Source: Amphiscolops sp. MND2022 (Eukaryota). Taken from it: a stretch of 64,000 bases of DNA. Location of the stretch: assembly GCA_964187785.1 (NCBI GenBank), contig OZ076409.1, positions 83,886,001 through 83,950,000 on the forward strand, written 5' to 3'. Position 1 is the stretch's first letter; each line of letters starts with the position of its first letter. The position numbers and the translations under genes were made by a program. Of the stretch, positions 1 through 12,000 are shown piece after piece. The notes under the pieces are model-generated. The model was not told the DNA's origin, did no database searches, and was given only the letters and a program-made list of their open reading frames with translations.

Positions 1-1824
1 AAAGAGAGAAAAGAACAAGAAAGAAACAACAAAGGGACAATTAGAAACAGAGGCGCTAAATTTGAAACAATTAAATGAATAAATATATATATTAATATTA
101 CTATATTAATGTACACTTATTTAAATACGTACTTACGAATAACGGAGCTAAAGTGCAGTTAATAATGTTAATAATATAGTGCTAATATCAATACTACGTA
201 AAACACTCAACCTGACAAGCAGTCAATCAATTCTTGAACGGAACTGCGGCCTGGCGGCCGGCTTCAAATGCGCTCACTAAAGCGGTGGCCTGGCAGGCGG
301 CCTGAGATTTGTAAACCAATACACAAGCATTCCCTTACAGTGAATACATGTATACAAACTAATGGCTAATGCAGTGCTTCATCGACAGTGCAGATTTGTA
401 TATATACCAATAATTGAGATTCCCGCGCCAATTCATTGCAATATTTTGGACCGCGGCCTGAGACGCGGCCTGAGAATGAAAATACAGCGAACTGTCCGTA
501 AAATTAGAAAGTGTCGATGCTAATATGTAACTTTGTTTCGAAATAACTCTAATAGCCATCACTGATGATCCTAAATAATACTGTTGATTGGAATATTTTA
601 TATAATGTACTTTTACATGTAAATGGCGTCTAATCAGTAAATAAGCCTGAACCGTGGCCTGAGCCAAAGGCTCAATGTCAAAATGCAAACCAAGGGTTAA
701 TTGCATGCATATACCATTTTCTAAACACGTTACCGTTTAATTGCATTTATTATTCCATAAAATAATGTCTCTGATGCTGTGCATTGTTTATAATCACTGT
801 ATTTTGTTGAACCAATCTGTCCGTCCAGGACCATGGCCTGGGACCAGGCTTTGCCGTTTTATTTAAAACATCACCAAATACACCGTAGAAAAGATTCTAC
901 TCTCCCTTTTGCAGTTTATCATACGTTTTCCATTTAATTTCTCTCATTTCGTTGCTAATTTATTTTAATTAGAGAATATCTGTAAAAGGAATTTGACTGT
1001 CATCGTTTTCTTCCCAAATTTAGTGCAGTTTGTTAACTTCATTTGATGAGTCACAGCGTGTGTTTTGCTAGTTGTTCAGTTCGGCGTCTCGAAGAGGCGG
1101 GAGATTGGAAAGGAAGGAAAGCGAAGTCGCAACTCAGGCCGGAAGTGGACGCTTGCTTTCCCCGGGAAGCATGAACAGACTGAAAGCCTGAGTTCGATTA
1201 AGCGGAACTGAATTTCCGGTTTCCCTGCCTCGGATGGACGCCGGGCTGAACGAAGTGTGAAGTATGTGCGTGTCTTTTTTCTTGCTTCCTCTATCGGAAG
1301 GTATAAATATGATGGGACCAAGAGGCCATATTTAGTCAAATTTTGTCGTTTATCGCAAGCAATTGTCTTTTGTTGAAAATAATTGAAAGTTTCAAAACTT
1401 CAAATTTCTCTGCTTAAGATTCTACTTAGATTTCTTCTAAAGAAAATTGAGAACTTAAACTTGAACAAAATGCCCGAAAGAAGCTCGAAAAGGAAGGCTA
1501 GGCGAGATTCCCCAGTGAATTCAGTAGACGAACCTGAGTCCTCCAGCATGAGGACTGAGAATACCCCTTGCTTGTCTGACAAGGACTTCAACGAGTTCTC
1601 CGAAAAGATAGAAAAGTCCGTCAGCAAAAGAATTAAGGACACGGAAATTGGACAACGCGAGATTTTGAAAATGATAGAGAATCTAGCCTCCAAGATAGAC
1701 ACACTAGCAGAAAAACCGTCCTACAACGCACACCACGACCCCGATGATGAAGACTTAGAGAATACGTATTTTAGACCCGGAACAGTTGAACCGAATGATT
1801 TACGTCTAAATCACGGTCAACACA
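1..1824 (+). mobile_element. Probable solo or 3' LTR of a second Gypsy family (5' end outside window)
   Basis: Contains an ORF from ATG 1470 (MPERSSKRKARRDS...) resembling the in-LTR gag N-terminus of the 21073 element (MPSTRRQKAKSRKS...). The ORF passes a CAACACA end at 1824 and stops 4 codons later, as the 3' LTR ORF at 36321-36944 stops shortly after its LTR end. No TSD can be checked. Confidence 0.45.
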
Positions 1825-1838
1825 CCGAGGCTATTTAA
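1470..1838 (+). pseudogene. Truncated gag-like N-terminal ORF
   Basis: ORF track 1383-1838; first ATG at 1470; basic N-terminus followed by a helical segment, as in the gag at 22150. Confidence 0.45.
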
Positions 1839-1984
1839 AGCATTTAATTATCCCAGCTACATCATGTCTTGTATGATACAAAAATTGAATGATTTTTATG
1901 GCGCTATTTATGAACCAGACCATTATCATTCTGGCTGGGAAACCAACGATCGAAAAACAAGAAATTTCTACTAGGGGTAGTTTT

Positions 1985-2430
1985 TGAAACAAAATCAAGT
2001 TTCTCTATCGAAGTTCCCAATCAACAGTTTGTTCTGTAGTTTTTTATCCGGCGCTTTTCGTAGGAAAACGCAGACTATAGTACTGACTTTTCTTCTTTTC
2101 TCTAAGACCAACGAAGTGACAGATTTTATAAGCTTTATTTGCTGGCTTCCACTAACTGTCACACTACTTCTGCTTCTGATTTTGAGGATTTTTTTGAGGT
2201 CTGCCAAACAGAATGACGTGGGTTCGAGTCTCGCCCTTGATCAAAACTTTTTTGTGCAGGTTATTTCGGCTTTGTGAGACTCCTATTTTTTCCTATTTTG
2301 CAAAAGAATGGGTGTTCACAAACTCCCAAAGGCCACCCTTTTTACATTTTCCGGCGCTATGCGACTTACCGGAGACCAAAAAAATTTCGAAAAAAATTCG
2401 AAGAGAATACTTCTACATACCTGGGCTAAC
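1985..2430. repeat. Partial copy of the GTCGGCGC inverted-repeat family
   Basis: 2100-2170 is the reverse complement of 60345-60420 (GACCAACGAAGTGACAGATTTTATAAGC); also shares the TGCGACTTACCGGAGA motif. Confidence 0.7.
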
Positions 2431-2599
2431 ATGCTATGAACTGTGTAATTATCAGTTGACAGGACCGTGCAGAATTAGGCGCGCATCTAATCAACTATTG
2501 TCTTTTGTTGCGGAAATTGAATATGGATTGAATCAATTCATTGAAAAAGGTCGAAGTACTCTAACTCGCGATTAAAGACAGTGATTTGATTATCACGTA

Positions 2600-4740
2600 T
2601 TTCAAACACACCTTACGAAACTATTTCATATGGGAAAGCAAATTATTCGAATCAGGCGCGTTTTTCCATACAAAATTTGCGACGTTTCAAATTCATATCC
2701 AAGTTGAAGTTTTCACCCATAGAACTCAACTGACAAAAATATCGTTCCACGTAAATGAGAAAAATTCCAAAAAGTTCCGATTTTTACCGTTTTAATGCAA
2801 TTTTTGTCAACTTTTGGATAGACTTCGTGGCTTAGAAAGTTGAAAACGTTCAAGAAGGAACAATTCGTTGTTCGGGAGACTTCTCTGAAGAAATAAATAG
2901 ATTTATTAAACACAAAAGGCCTCAAACTCAAACCGAAAAAGGCAATTTATTGTAACAAAAGTGCCGCAAAAATGACCACAAACTAGTCGAAAATGTTAAA
3001 CGTTCCAATTTTTTAATAAAATTAGTAAAAAATTGTTCGAATTGGAAGGGTTGGTGAGTTAAAATCTTCAAACAGGTCCATAAAATACAACAAAAAATGC
3101 AGCATGTTATTTTAAAAGAGAAAGTTTGCTGTTTTGCTTAAGACTTGACGTTTTAATGCAACTCATTCGGTATTTTTGTTGAACATTTTCATGGCAAACA
3201 ATAGTTTAAAATCTCAACAAGGAATAAGTCTGGTATTCAGTAGCCGTTTCTGAATGTATAAATACAATTTTTGGTTAGAACCGGTCACAAGAACCGACGA
3301 ATGACAAAAAACCTAGTTTTTTTGAAAGTTTAGTGCCATGTTTTGTTCAGTTCATGAATTTTCTTGTGGACTAGCATCTTCATTGACCTGAACATTGAAA
3401 CAAGGGGCTTTACAAAACGCTACTTAGGAAAAAAACATGATAAAGTACTTCCAATTTGACAAGTTCTCATTTATCGAACACAAACATCTATTTTTGGACA
3501 TTTTCCAAGTTTTTTTTGAAATTTGAAAATACCTAAGTTCGTGATCGAATCATACAGCAACCAATAAGAGCGTTGAAAACAAATTGCATCATTGCAAGAA
3601 AGAAATTACAAATCGCTGCCACGTATTCGTTTATAATTGTACTACATAGCTTGTTCATTCAATTTTGAACGTTTTGTAACTTCTCGTTCATCAAATCTCT
3701 CGGAAATTGTACAGAAATTGCCTTAGAAACGACAAAATATTGAACGTTTTGGACTTTTCGACGATTTCTGGGTCAATCTGATGCTATTTTCTATTACAAA
3801 TTGTTTTTATCTCAAAACAAAAGCCTTATGAAACTACAAATTTTCCCCTTGTTTGACAGCTTTAACTTTCTACTCCATGACGCCTGTCAGAAATTCGACA
3901 AAAAGTGGGAAAAATGAAAATCGGAAAGTTTTTGAAAATTTGTCTTTTTCGGCGTAATCCGAGACATTATTGAATTGAAAAAACAGCTTTTATCTCTTCA
4001 CTAAGCCTTCTGGACTACAAATTTTCTCCTATGTTGACCCTTTTCAACATTCCGATCCACAAATTCTGTCGAAAATTGGAAAAAAATTGCTTGAAAACTT
4101 CGAAAGTTGAAAAATTTTGATTTTGTCATTTTCGGTGTCAATTTGAGATACTTTTCATTTGGAAAACGGCAAGTATCTCCTCGAAAAAGCGTACCGGACA
4201 ACAAGTTTTTGCCTTGTTGAACGTTTTCAACATCCTAAAGCACAAAAAGTTGACAAAAATTGCATTAAATTGTTATAGGTCGAGAAATTTTGGACTCTTT
4301 CTGATTTTTTGGGTAATTTTGGGTCTTTTTCTTTTCAAAGCACCGCATTTATCTCTTCATGAACCACTACTGGTTAACGAAATCTTGCCTTGTTAAATGT
4401 TTTGAACATTCTATTTCACGATGTTTATCGAAACTTTGACAAAAATTGCATAAAAACGTTAAAAATCGGGAAATTTTGGATTTTTTGTCTTTTTCGGGGT
4501 CGTTTTGGGTCATTATGGGGTCCTTTCCGTCACTCTCAAAAAAGTCCAAAAATCTCTGCAAATGCATATCGCACGAAGTTAAATTTATGTGAGTTGAATT
4601 CTGTGGCTTACACCCTTCAATTTGAATATAAATTCGGTGCTTGGCAAATTATGTAAAGAAAAAAACCGCCGTTTGATCTATGTATTTTCCTTTCCCATAT
4701 GGAATAAGGGCGGAAAATAACAAAACAGTTCGGAACTTAG
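2600..4740. repeat. Dispersed repeat with internal subrepeats; inverted homologue at 37560-38720
   Basis: 4625-4725 (AATATAAATTCGGTGCTTGGCAAATT...CCCATATGGAATAAGGGCGGAAAATAA) matches the reverse complement of 37676-37770; boundaries approximate. Confidence 0.65.
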
Positions 4741-5490
4741 CGTATTCCTAAATCAGGCGTTTCCTTCGAAAATGGGATGAGATGAATCAACGTCTGTCAA
4801 AACTTTCATTGTTCAAACTTCTATGCATTTTAACAGTGTATTGGCTACTTTTGAGCCACAAACTCATGTCATAGTAGAAGTTTAGGGCGGAAAAATTGTT
4901 CTGCGGGTCAGCGGGCGCCTTGTTCCAGGAATTGGAATTGAAAAAATTAAGAAAAGAGAAAAAACCACAAACATAACAAAAAGTAGAGCCCCCTAACGTT
5001 GGGAGAACTCTCTCAAGAACAAGCAGAGTACATTGAGCCGCCTATCAAGCATCGAAGAAAGCACAAGGCCACGTATAACAATGATTCGTGGAAGCTCCTA
5101 CCAGAGCAATGAAAACATGCGATTGATCTGTACATCAGAATCAGGAAGTCAAGAAGGTCCATGCTATTGGAGGAAAATCTTTCAAAATTGCTTTAAAAAA
5201 GGATTTTTCTTCATCACGATGATTCAAATTCTGTCTCAATTGCGATGCAGCTTCAATTACGTACTCGAGAATGAATGGATTGAAATGTAACGAAGTGGCC
5301 ATTTTCTTCAAAACATAAGATAAAACAAAGGAACTTGAAACCGAGAAAAAACGTAGTTCTCCAGAAACACCTTCGTCAAGCGTGTCAAAATATGGTTGTT
5401 CTTTTCGATTGTAAGTGTGCTCGGTGTGTTATACAATAGACTTCGCGGAAAATAATGGGAAAAAAAGAAGCACAAGAAGTACTATGAATT

Positions 5491-5930
5491 GGTAATGACA
5501 GATTTCGTCCCAAACAGATTTCGTCCAGGTGGAATTTTGACAGATTTCGTCCCACACATATTTCGTCCCATTTTTTTTCAATTAAAACAGATTTCGTCCC
5601 AATTTAATGTTATAACGTAGTCAGCTATGTTCACATACCCCTAGTGCCCTAAATGCAGGAGCGAAGCGACGTGTCATATGGCCATGCCCCAATGTTGCTA
5701 CATAGCGAAGCGAGCGAAGCGACCGAGCCATACAACAAAAATGCTGACCTCTTCAAAAAAATTAAGGTCCATACATATTGGCCGTAACGCTTAATTTTGT
5801 GTATATCATAGAATAATTTCTCATAATCTGGGACAAAATCTGTCAAAAATTGGACGAAATCTGTTTGGGAAGAGATCTGTCATTTTTATTCGTGGGACGA
5901 AATCTGTCTGGGACGAAATCTGCCACAATC
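5491..5930. mobile_element. Foldback/MITE, Mutator-like (9-bp TSD)
   Basis: Left arm has repeated GACAGATTTCGTCCCA, right arm repeated TGGGACGAAATCTGTC. It is flanked by the direct repeat CTATGAATT (5482-5490 and 5931-5939). Confidence 0.7.
5610..5760. repeat. GCGAAGCGA-rich repeat, copy 1 (nested inside the foldback)
   Basis: ATAACGTAGTCAG...CTAGTGCCCTAAATGCAGGAGCGAAGCG; near-identical copy at 6258-6415. Confidence 0.7.
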
Positions 5931-6257
5931 CTATGAATTATACTGTTCAGATCAAGCCAATGATCTATCGCAATGTCAGAGTGGTGTAAAGTGTTGGCAC
6001 GTATATTTTTATTTGACATTTCACACTTTTATGTTTTCTCACAGGTAATTGACTTTTTCACACTTTTATGTTCTCTCACAGGTTGTCTAGACTTTACCAC
6101 TCTATAACGGAAACGGTTCAGATCGTAGAATATTCAAAGCGTCGAAAGCAGTTTACACGCAGTAAATACTGCGCGTCATAGTCACGTGACCAAACTTTCA
6201 TTCAATGAACCAATTAAATTCAGTAAAATGAATACAGCACAAGCGACAAACTAATTA

Positions 6258-6415
6258 CGATAACGTAGTCAGCGATGTCCACATACTCCTAGTGCCCTAA
6301 ATGCAGGAGCGAAGCGAAGCGGAGCGACGTGCCATATGGCCATGCCTCAATGTTGCTACTTGGCGAAGGGAGCGAAGCGACCGTGCCATACAACAAATAT
6401 GCTAACCTCTTTAAA
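6258..6415. repeat. GCGAAGCGA-rich repeat, copy 2
   Basis: Direct-orientation homologue of 5610-5760. Confidence 0.7.
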
Positions 6416-8805
6416 TTATAACCTGAAAATAATCGCTGCTATGGAATTCTTTCGACGCTTTGAATAGCTTTGATTTTTTCGACGGTTTGAATATTCTACG
6501 ATTTGAATAGTCACCCTCTATAACAGTCTGTGAGAACAAAATCACGGATTTCATCAACATGTAGATGAAATGAAATGTAGATCATGTGCATGTCGTGTTG
6601 AACCATGAGCATTGCAAAAATCTACCCGAAAAGACTAATGAACGGAAGACAATCAGAGCACATGGAAACCTGAATTTGAATTCAACTTTTTGGGGCTCGA
6701 GCTTTGCGAGGTGCCCATATGGTGACGCTTTTTTTCGCAGATTTCGTGACATGTGCCAACTTTTCAAACTTGTGAGGCAAATTTCTCAAAACCCATAACA
6801 GATACGGACACCATGTTTTCGCTAAAAGTTGCGCAGGATCCTCGGCTACATTTTCGTCGAAAAAAAATTTCGAAAAATTCGGCTTCATGGTTTTTTTTGG
6901 AAAGAAGTTTTGAAAAAACGCAATTTTTAAAAGTTTTTTATAATTGATCCCCTATTTCTCAGAACCAAGACCGGATACATAGTTCATGGTTTCGTATATT
7001 ATACAAGCGTTTCATGGGCTACATTTCCCCCTAAAAATGGCGTAAAACATTTTTTTCAGACTTGGTTTTTTGGGCAAAAACAGGGATTGAAAAAACTGTC
7101 GAAATTTTTTTTCTCATTTGTAGCTCATATTTCTCAAAACTGACGAAACATACACAAACCATTTTCTCTCAAGACAAACAGCCAGGATGTAGGCTAGTTT
7201 TTGAACCAACAAAATTTCCGTCATCAAGAATGACGCCTTCGTTTTTCTTCTAAAAATACTTCATTTTTTTGAAGAAATTTTCTTAGTTATTTTATATTTG
7301 AGCTTTTATATCTCAAGACCGAGAAAAAATACGCAGTCCATGGATTCGTAATTTGTACGAGGGTTCAGTAGGCTACGTTTAAAGCTCAAAATGACTTCGA
7401 ATTTTTTTGGCTCTGGTTTTTTTGGGCAAATAAAGGGATGAAGAAGAAATTTGAAAATCTTCCCATTTTTTCCTAATTTGTAACTGAGTTTTCTCAGAAC
7501 TGAAAATAGATACGAAAACCATTTCCCCTCACAGTGTGAGGCAAGGATGTAGGTTAGTTCTTCTACTATCAAAGTTTCCGTCATCAAGTATGGCGCCTTC
7601 GTTTTTTGCCAAACATGCGTTTTTCATTTTTTTCTCAAAAAATATATTTTCATTCATCTTTCATTCATCAAAATTTCCTGATCTCAGACTAGATAAGTCC
7701 ATTTGCTTTTGGACCCTGGGATATACACAATTTGTAGCACCTTCTGCAGACCATTGAACGTTTCTGCTCGAGGCCAAGCGCGACATGCCGTCGCGCCTAT
7801 GTTTTTTTACTTCGGTTTAAAACGTGACAATTCCGTACAATACCGAATGTCGAAGCTGTGTTCCAGAGATATTTTTTGAAGGATGATGAAAAACTTTTGG
7901 AAAAAATATAAATCCTCTCGCACGCATTTCATGTTTTGGACAATTGGTAGTAAAATGCTGAATTTAACTTAGAATTTGAAGTTTTGAGGGAAAGGAACTT
8001 TAAAAAAAATTTTGACAGGACGAGCTTATCAATTTTTTTGATGTTTGAATAATCATTCGGTCAAAGAAATTGTCCAGTTGAAAATATGAGTTTTAAGGCG
8101 TTGCTTGAATCTTGACTTCTATAGCTGACTTTCCAAACTGATTTGATGCATGCATAACAACTGTGACAACAAATTAAAGTAAAGTCAATAAATTTTTCTT
8201 TCACTGTGTATTCAAGATACGAGAAGCTATAGTTGAAGTAGAAAACTCTCTTCAAATTGTATTAAACTGCGTTCAAATTGATAGTTTTTGATTCGAAAGA
8301 AATTTTCAGAAGCGCGTTTCAAACGTGTAATTAGTATAAATTATTTAGTTATTGAAGCTGAGTTTCGTGCTTCGAGAAAACATTTTTGTTATCAAAACAG
8401 CGAATTCGTTATCAGTATGGCTTCGAGGTTCGAAGGTGAGCCCACTTGACCTAATAATGATTTTTTGAAGATTGAAAACCCAAAAAAATGTTTGCAGGGA
8501 CCTGATAAATATATTTGAGAGTGCTTGACTTAGCAAGTTTTTTAAATCCAGTCAAACCACCATTGAAGGATAACACAGTAGATAACTTCCATAAGAGAAA
8601 AATGGAAATATTTGTAACATATAGAATTATGCTAATAAAACGTTCTAGATGAGACGATTATTGGGATATTACAAAATTCTACACGGGGTTGGAATGGGCA
8701 AATGATGTTGCTAGTTTTCAAGATAGCTTTTCAGTTTGGCCTACTTCCGCCCAAATTTGAAGCAGTGATATCATTGCACCTTGATCGATTGTTTGGCCGA
8801 TAAAT

Positions 8806-8855
8806 ACTCAAACCTTAATTTGACAAATTATAAATTGTCAAATTAAGGTTTGAGT
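8806..8855. other. Perfect 21-bp-stem hairpin with 8-nt loop
   Basis: ACTCAAACCTTAATTTGACAA-attataaa-TTGTCAAATTAAGGTTTGAGT. Confidence 0.85.
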
Positions 8856-9053
8856 GTATTCCAAACAATTTAAAACAAACAATATAAACCCAATACCAAA
8901 CAATATAAATCTCCCTCAATTTGAAGGAATAGACTTCTGAACTTTTCAACCATTGACCGGCTACAATATTTAATGGGATTGAACTTTCCTAATTTTACAT
9001 AGTTTTTGGTTCAGGGTTGAATTTCTCTAATCTTGCAAACTTTTAAAATTCAG

Positions 9054-12000
9054 ATCGAAGCAGCTCGCAACTGAAGGAGATAGAGCACCGGACAGAGAGA
9101 CTGTTTGCCAGTTTAAACAACGTGAATGGGGACGCGACTCAGTACTCGAGTGAGGGTAGATCGAACATCGCCAAGTCCCGCAGAAAAACTGCCAGGAGGG
9201 TTCAGCAGCTACTAGACCAGCACTTGAACAAAGACACTAACGTTAGTCATGCATGCCATTTTTTGTCAGAGGGCCCAATATCGTTTACATTACATTAAAA
9301 GATGGGCTCTGACAAAAATGCCGGGACCCCAAATCGCCATCCATTTCTGCTTCGACTAAAAAAACTGAATCATTCCTTTAAAAATGGATGAAAACAGAAA
9401 AATGAATGTAGAAAGAACAGTGTAACTAAATTCAAGGTAGTGATAAAGCTTTTAAAAAAACGAATTTTAATTACTTAGATTAGCACTATAAAACTTATTT
9501 TTCCGAAGCTCTGACCTGGGAATGAAAGACAATGATTTTGTAGAACTGTTTCTTTGTTTCATTTTAAGTAGAGAGTTTCTAGGCATTTGACAAGGGGTAG
9601 CCTTGTCGATATCTGCTGTTCCAGTTGATCAGTCAAAACTATGAAAAAAAATAATTTTGTCGGAGTTCTGATCTGAAAGTTTGAGAACATTGATTGTAAT
9701 TTTGGATTGGCTAGCGTAGAAATGTATCTTTGTTCCGTTGGGCAAGAGGTGTTACCATTAAACTCCCCACTTTAATGTCTCCTAGCGTCCTTTGTTTCAA
9801 ATTGGTCTCCATGATGTCTTGATTTTCGTGGCTCAATTTGCATTACTGCTATACGTTTCGCAGCACAATCTTACTACGACGTCAAGCCAATCTCAATACG
9901 GATCCAATCATGACGATGTTGCTGTACATCAATCAAATTTGAGAAATCAGAAGTCTTTAATTTTCAAAACTTCTGTTTTTACACTTGCGATAAGCAAGTG
10001 TTATGGGAAAGTGCGCGTGCTCTCGATTCAGCCGGCAAGTCGCACAGCTCACAGGCGTTGGAGATCTAGTGGTTACATGTTAGCTTTTCAACTCAGGGTG
10101 TTCGCGTTCGAACCGGTGCGTATGCGCTAATTTTTTACAAGCATTCTGGAACAGAAGGTTTCCACTTTCTTCGGTACTATGAGACTCCCCCTTTTCGGCT
10201 TTTTGAGATTTTTTTGAAAATTTTTTAATGTCCCCCAAAGGGCCCCCTTCAATTTTTCAACATTTTGCAACAGAAAGGATGTTAAAAATGATCTTCCTTG
10301 AGCGGTATCTGCTGAGTGATCGTTTATATTGAATTGAAAAAACTATTTATCAAAGTGTTTCCAAGAATATTTCCAGCTATTCTTTTAGTCGGCGCCTTTT
10401 CCCTTAAGAAAAAAAGCCCGACTATGGCGCCTTTTCCCTTAAGGAAAAAAGCCCGACTATTACAATGGGTAGTTTTTTTCAGCTGTCAATCTCGTTCACG
10501 GCTTGTTATTCATTTCTGTCACCAGGTAATCAACAAAGTAACTGATGCCACATCGTTTTTGAAGGCTATAGATATAAAAAGACAACCAAAAGTGAAAATT
10601 TTGTTTGCAATGAGAGATGAAGTTTTTTTCATTTTGAACTCATTTTCATTTCTAGCACTACCTCGCTTAAATGTTTAAATCAACTGATGGTTTCTGCTCT
10701 GTTTTTAGTCACCGCTTTTTGTGAAGCAAAAATGCCCGACTCTTACAGTGACCTTTTTTTTTCTCTAGACCACAGACCTTACAGTGAAAGGTCCACTTTT
10801 TTGTTCATTTGGTCATCTTGAACTATGCATGTTCAAAACATACTAAATGCGTCAGAACCTCGTCCAAAACAAAACCGACGTCCACAACCTCGAAAACATA
10901 CTAAGGATCCCCTATGGCTATCTTGGTAATTTAACTTCTATTTTTTCGGTACTATGAGACTTCTATCGAAATTTTTTTATTGTACCTAAGGGTCCCCCTT
11001 CAACTTTTTGATATTTTGCAACAGAATCGATATTTAAAAATCTCAAAGGGTCCCCCTCTTACAGTTTGCAGCATTGTGAAATTTTTCAAAATGATTTTTG
11101 TTGGTCTTTAAATTAGGTTTTCTCGGGCCCAGTACGCTATTTCTGAATTTTGATTTTTTTTCAAAGACCGGCGTTTCTTTTACGCAACTTTTTTCCAATT
11201 TGGTTTCATCAAGGCCTTCCCTCAAATTTTAGTAGAAAGAAAACGTTTTGAGAGCATAAAGGCCTTTTCGGGGTTTTCGGCACTATGCGATTTACCGGAA
11301 ACCTTTATCAAAAAGTTTTTTCGAGAAGTTTCGGAAAAAATTCTCAATTTTTTTTGTTTGAAAGGTTTTTGGTTGAGAAAGGTTTTTTGCTGTTTCCAGT
11401 TAGAGGAAAATGGTGTTCGACTATGTGCGTATCGCTTCGGGTATTTTTGGCGCTGTAAAATTGATGAAATTTCAACAATAATGTCCTTTTACCCTTTGTT
11501 CTCTGTATGCTTCTTTGGTTTTCTCTTCAAAAGTTCGCAACTTTTTTCGCAAAAGTTTGCGAAGCCCGGCTTCGCCTCTGTTGAATTTCATTTCAAAGAC
11601 ACAAAATATGTTTCGATTTGAATTTTCACGACTGAAAGGTATTTCTCAGAAGGTATTAAAAATTGTTCTGTCTCTATGTTCCAACTCTCACAGATGTAAG
11701 ACCACAGACCTCAAACTGAATGGCCCATTTTTTACAGAAATCATGCCGTAGTTCTTGCTTTCCATTGAGCGACTTTTCTCTGGTCGGAAAATTAGTTATT
11801 GCTTTTAGAGTTCCAGAATATATTTTTTTCAAAAACGCCTTGCCTTCATCCTAGCAAAATGCAACTCAGTTCATGAATTGCTTTGAAAATTCGAATACAG
11901 TGTTTTTTTGTATTGTGCTCAATATATTATGGGTTTTAATTATTTGAAGTGTAAAGAAACAAAAGTCTGTTACAGATCTTAGGTTAACTCAAAAAATGTA

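Noticed and set aside
10060-10135. Functional tRNA gene
   Set aside because: A and B boxes are present but there is no acceptor or anticodon stem pairing; likewise at ~2220 and ~57326.
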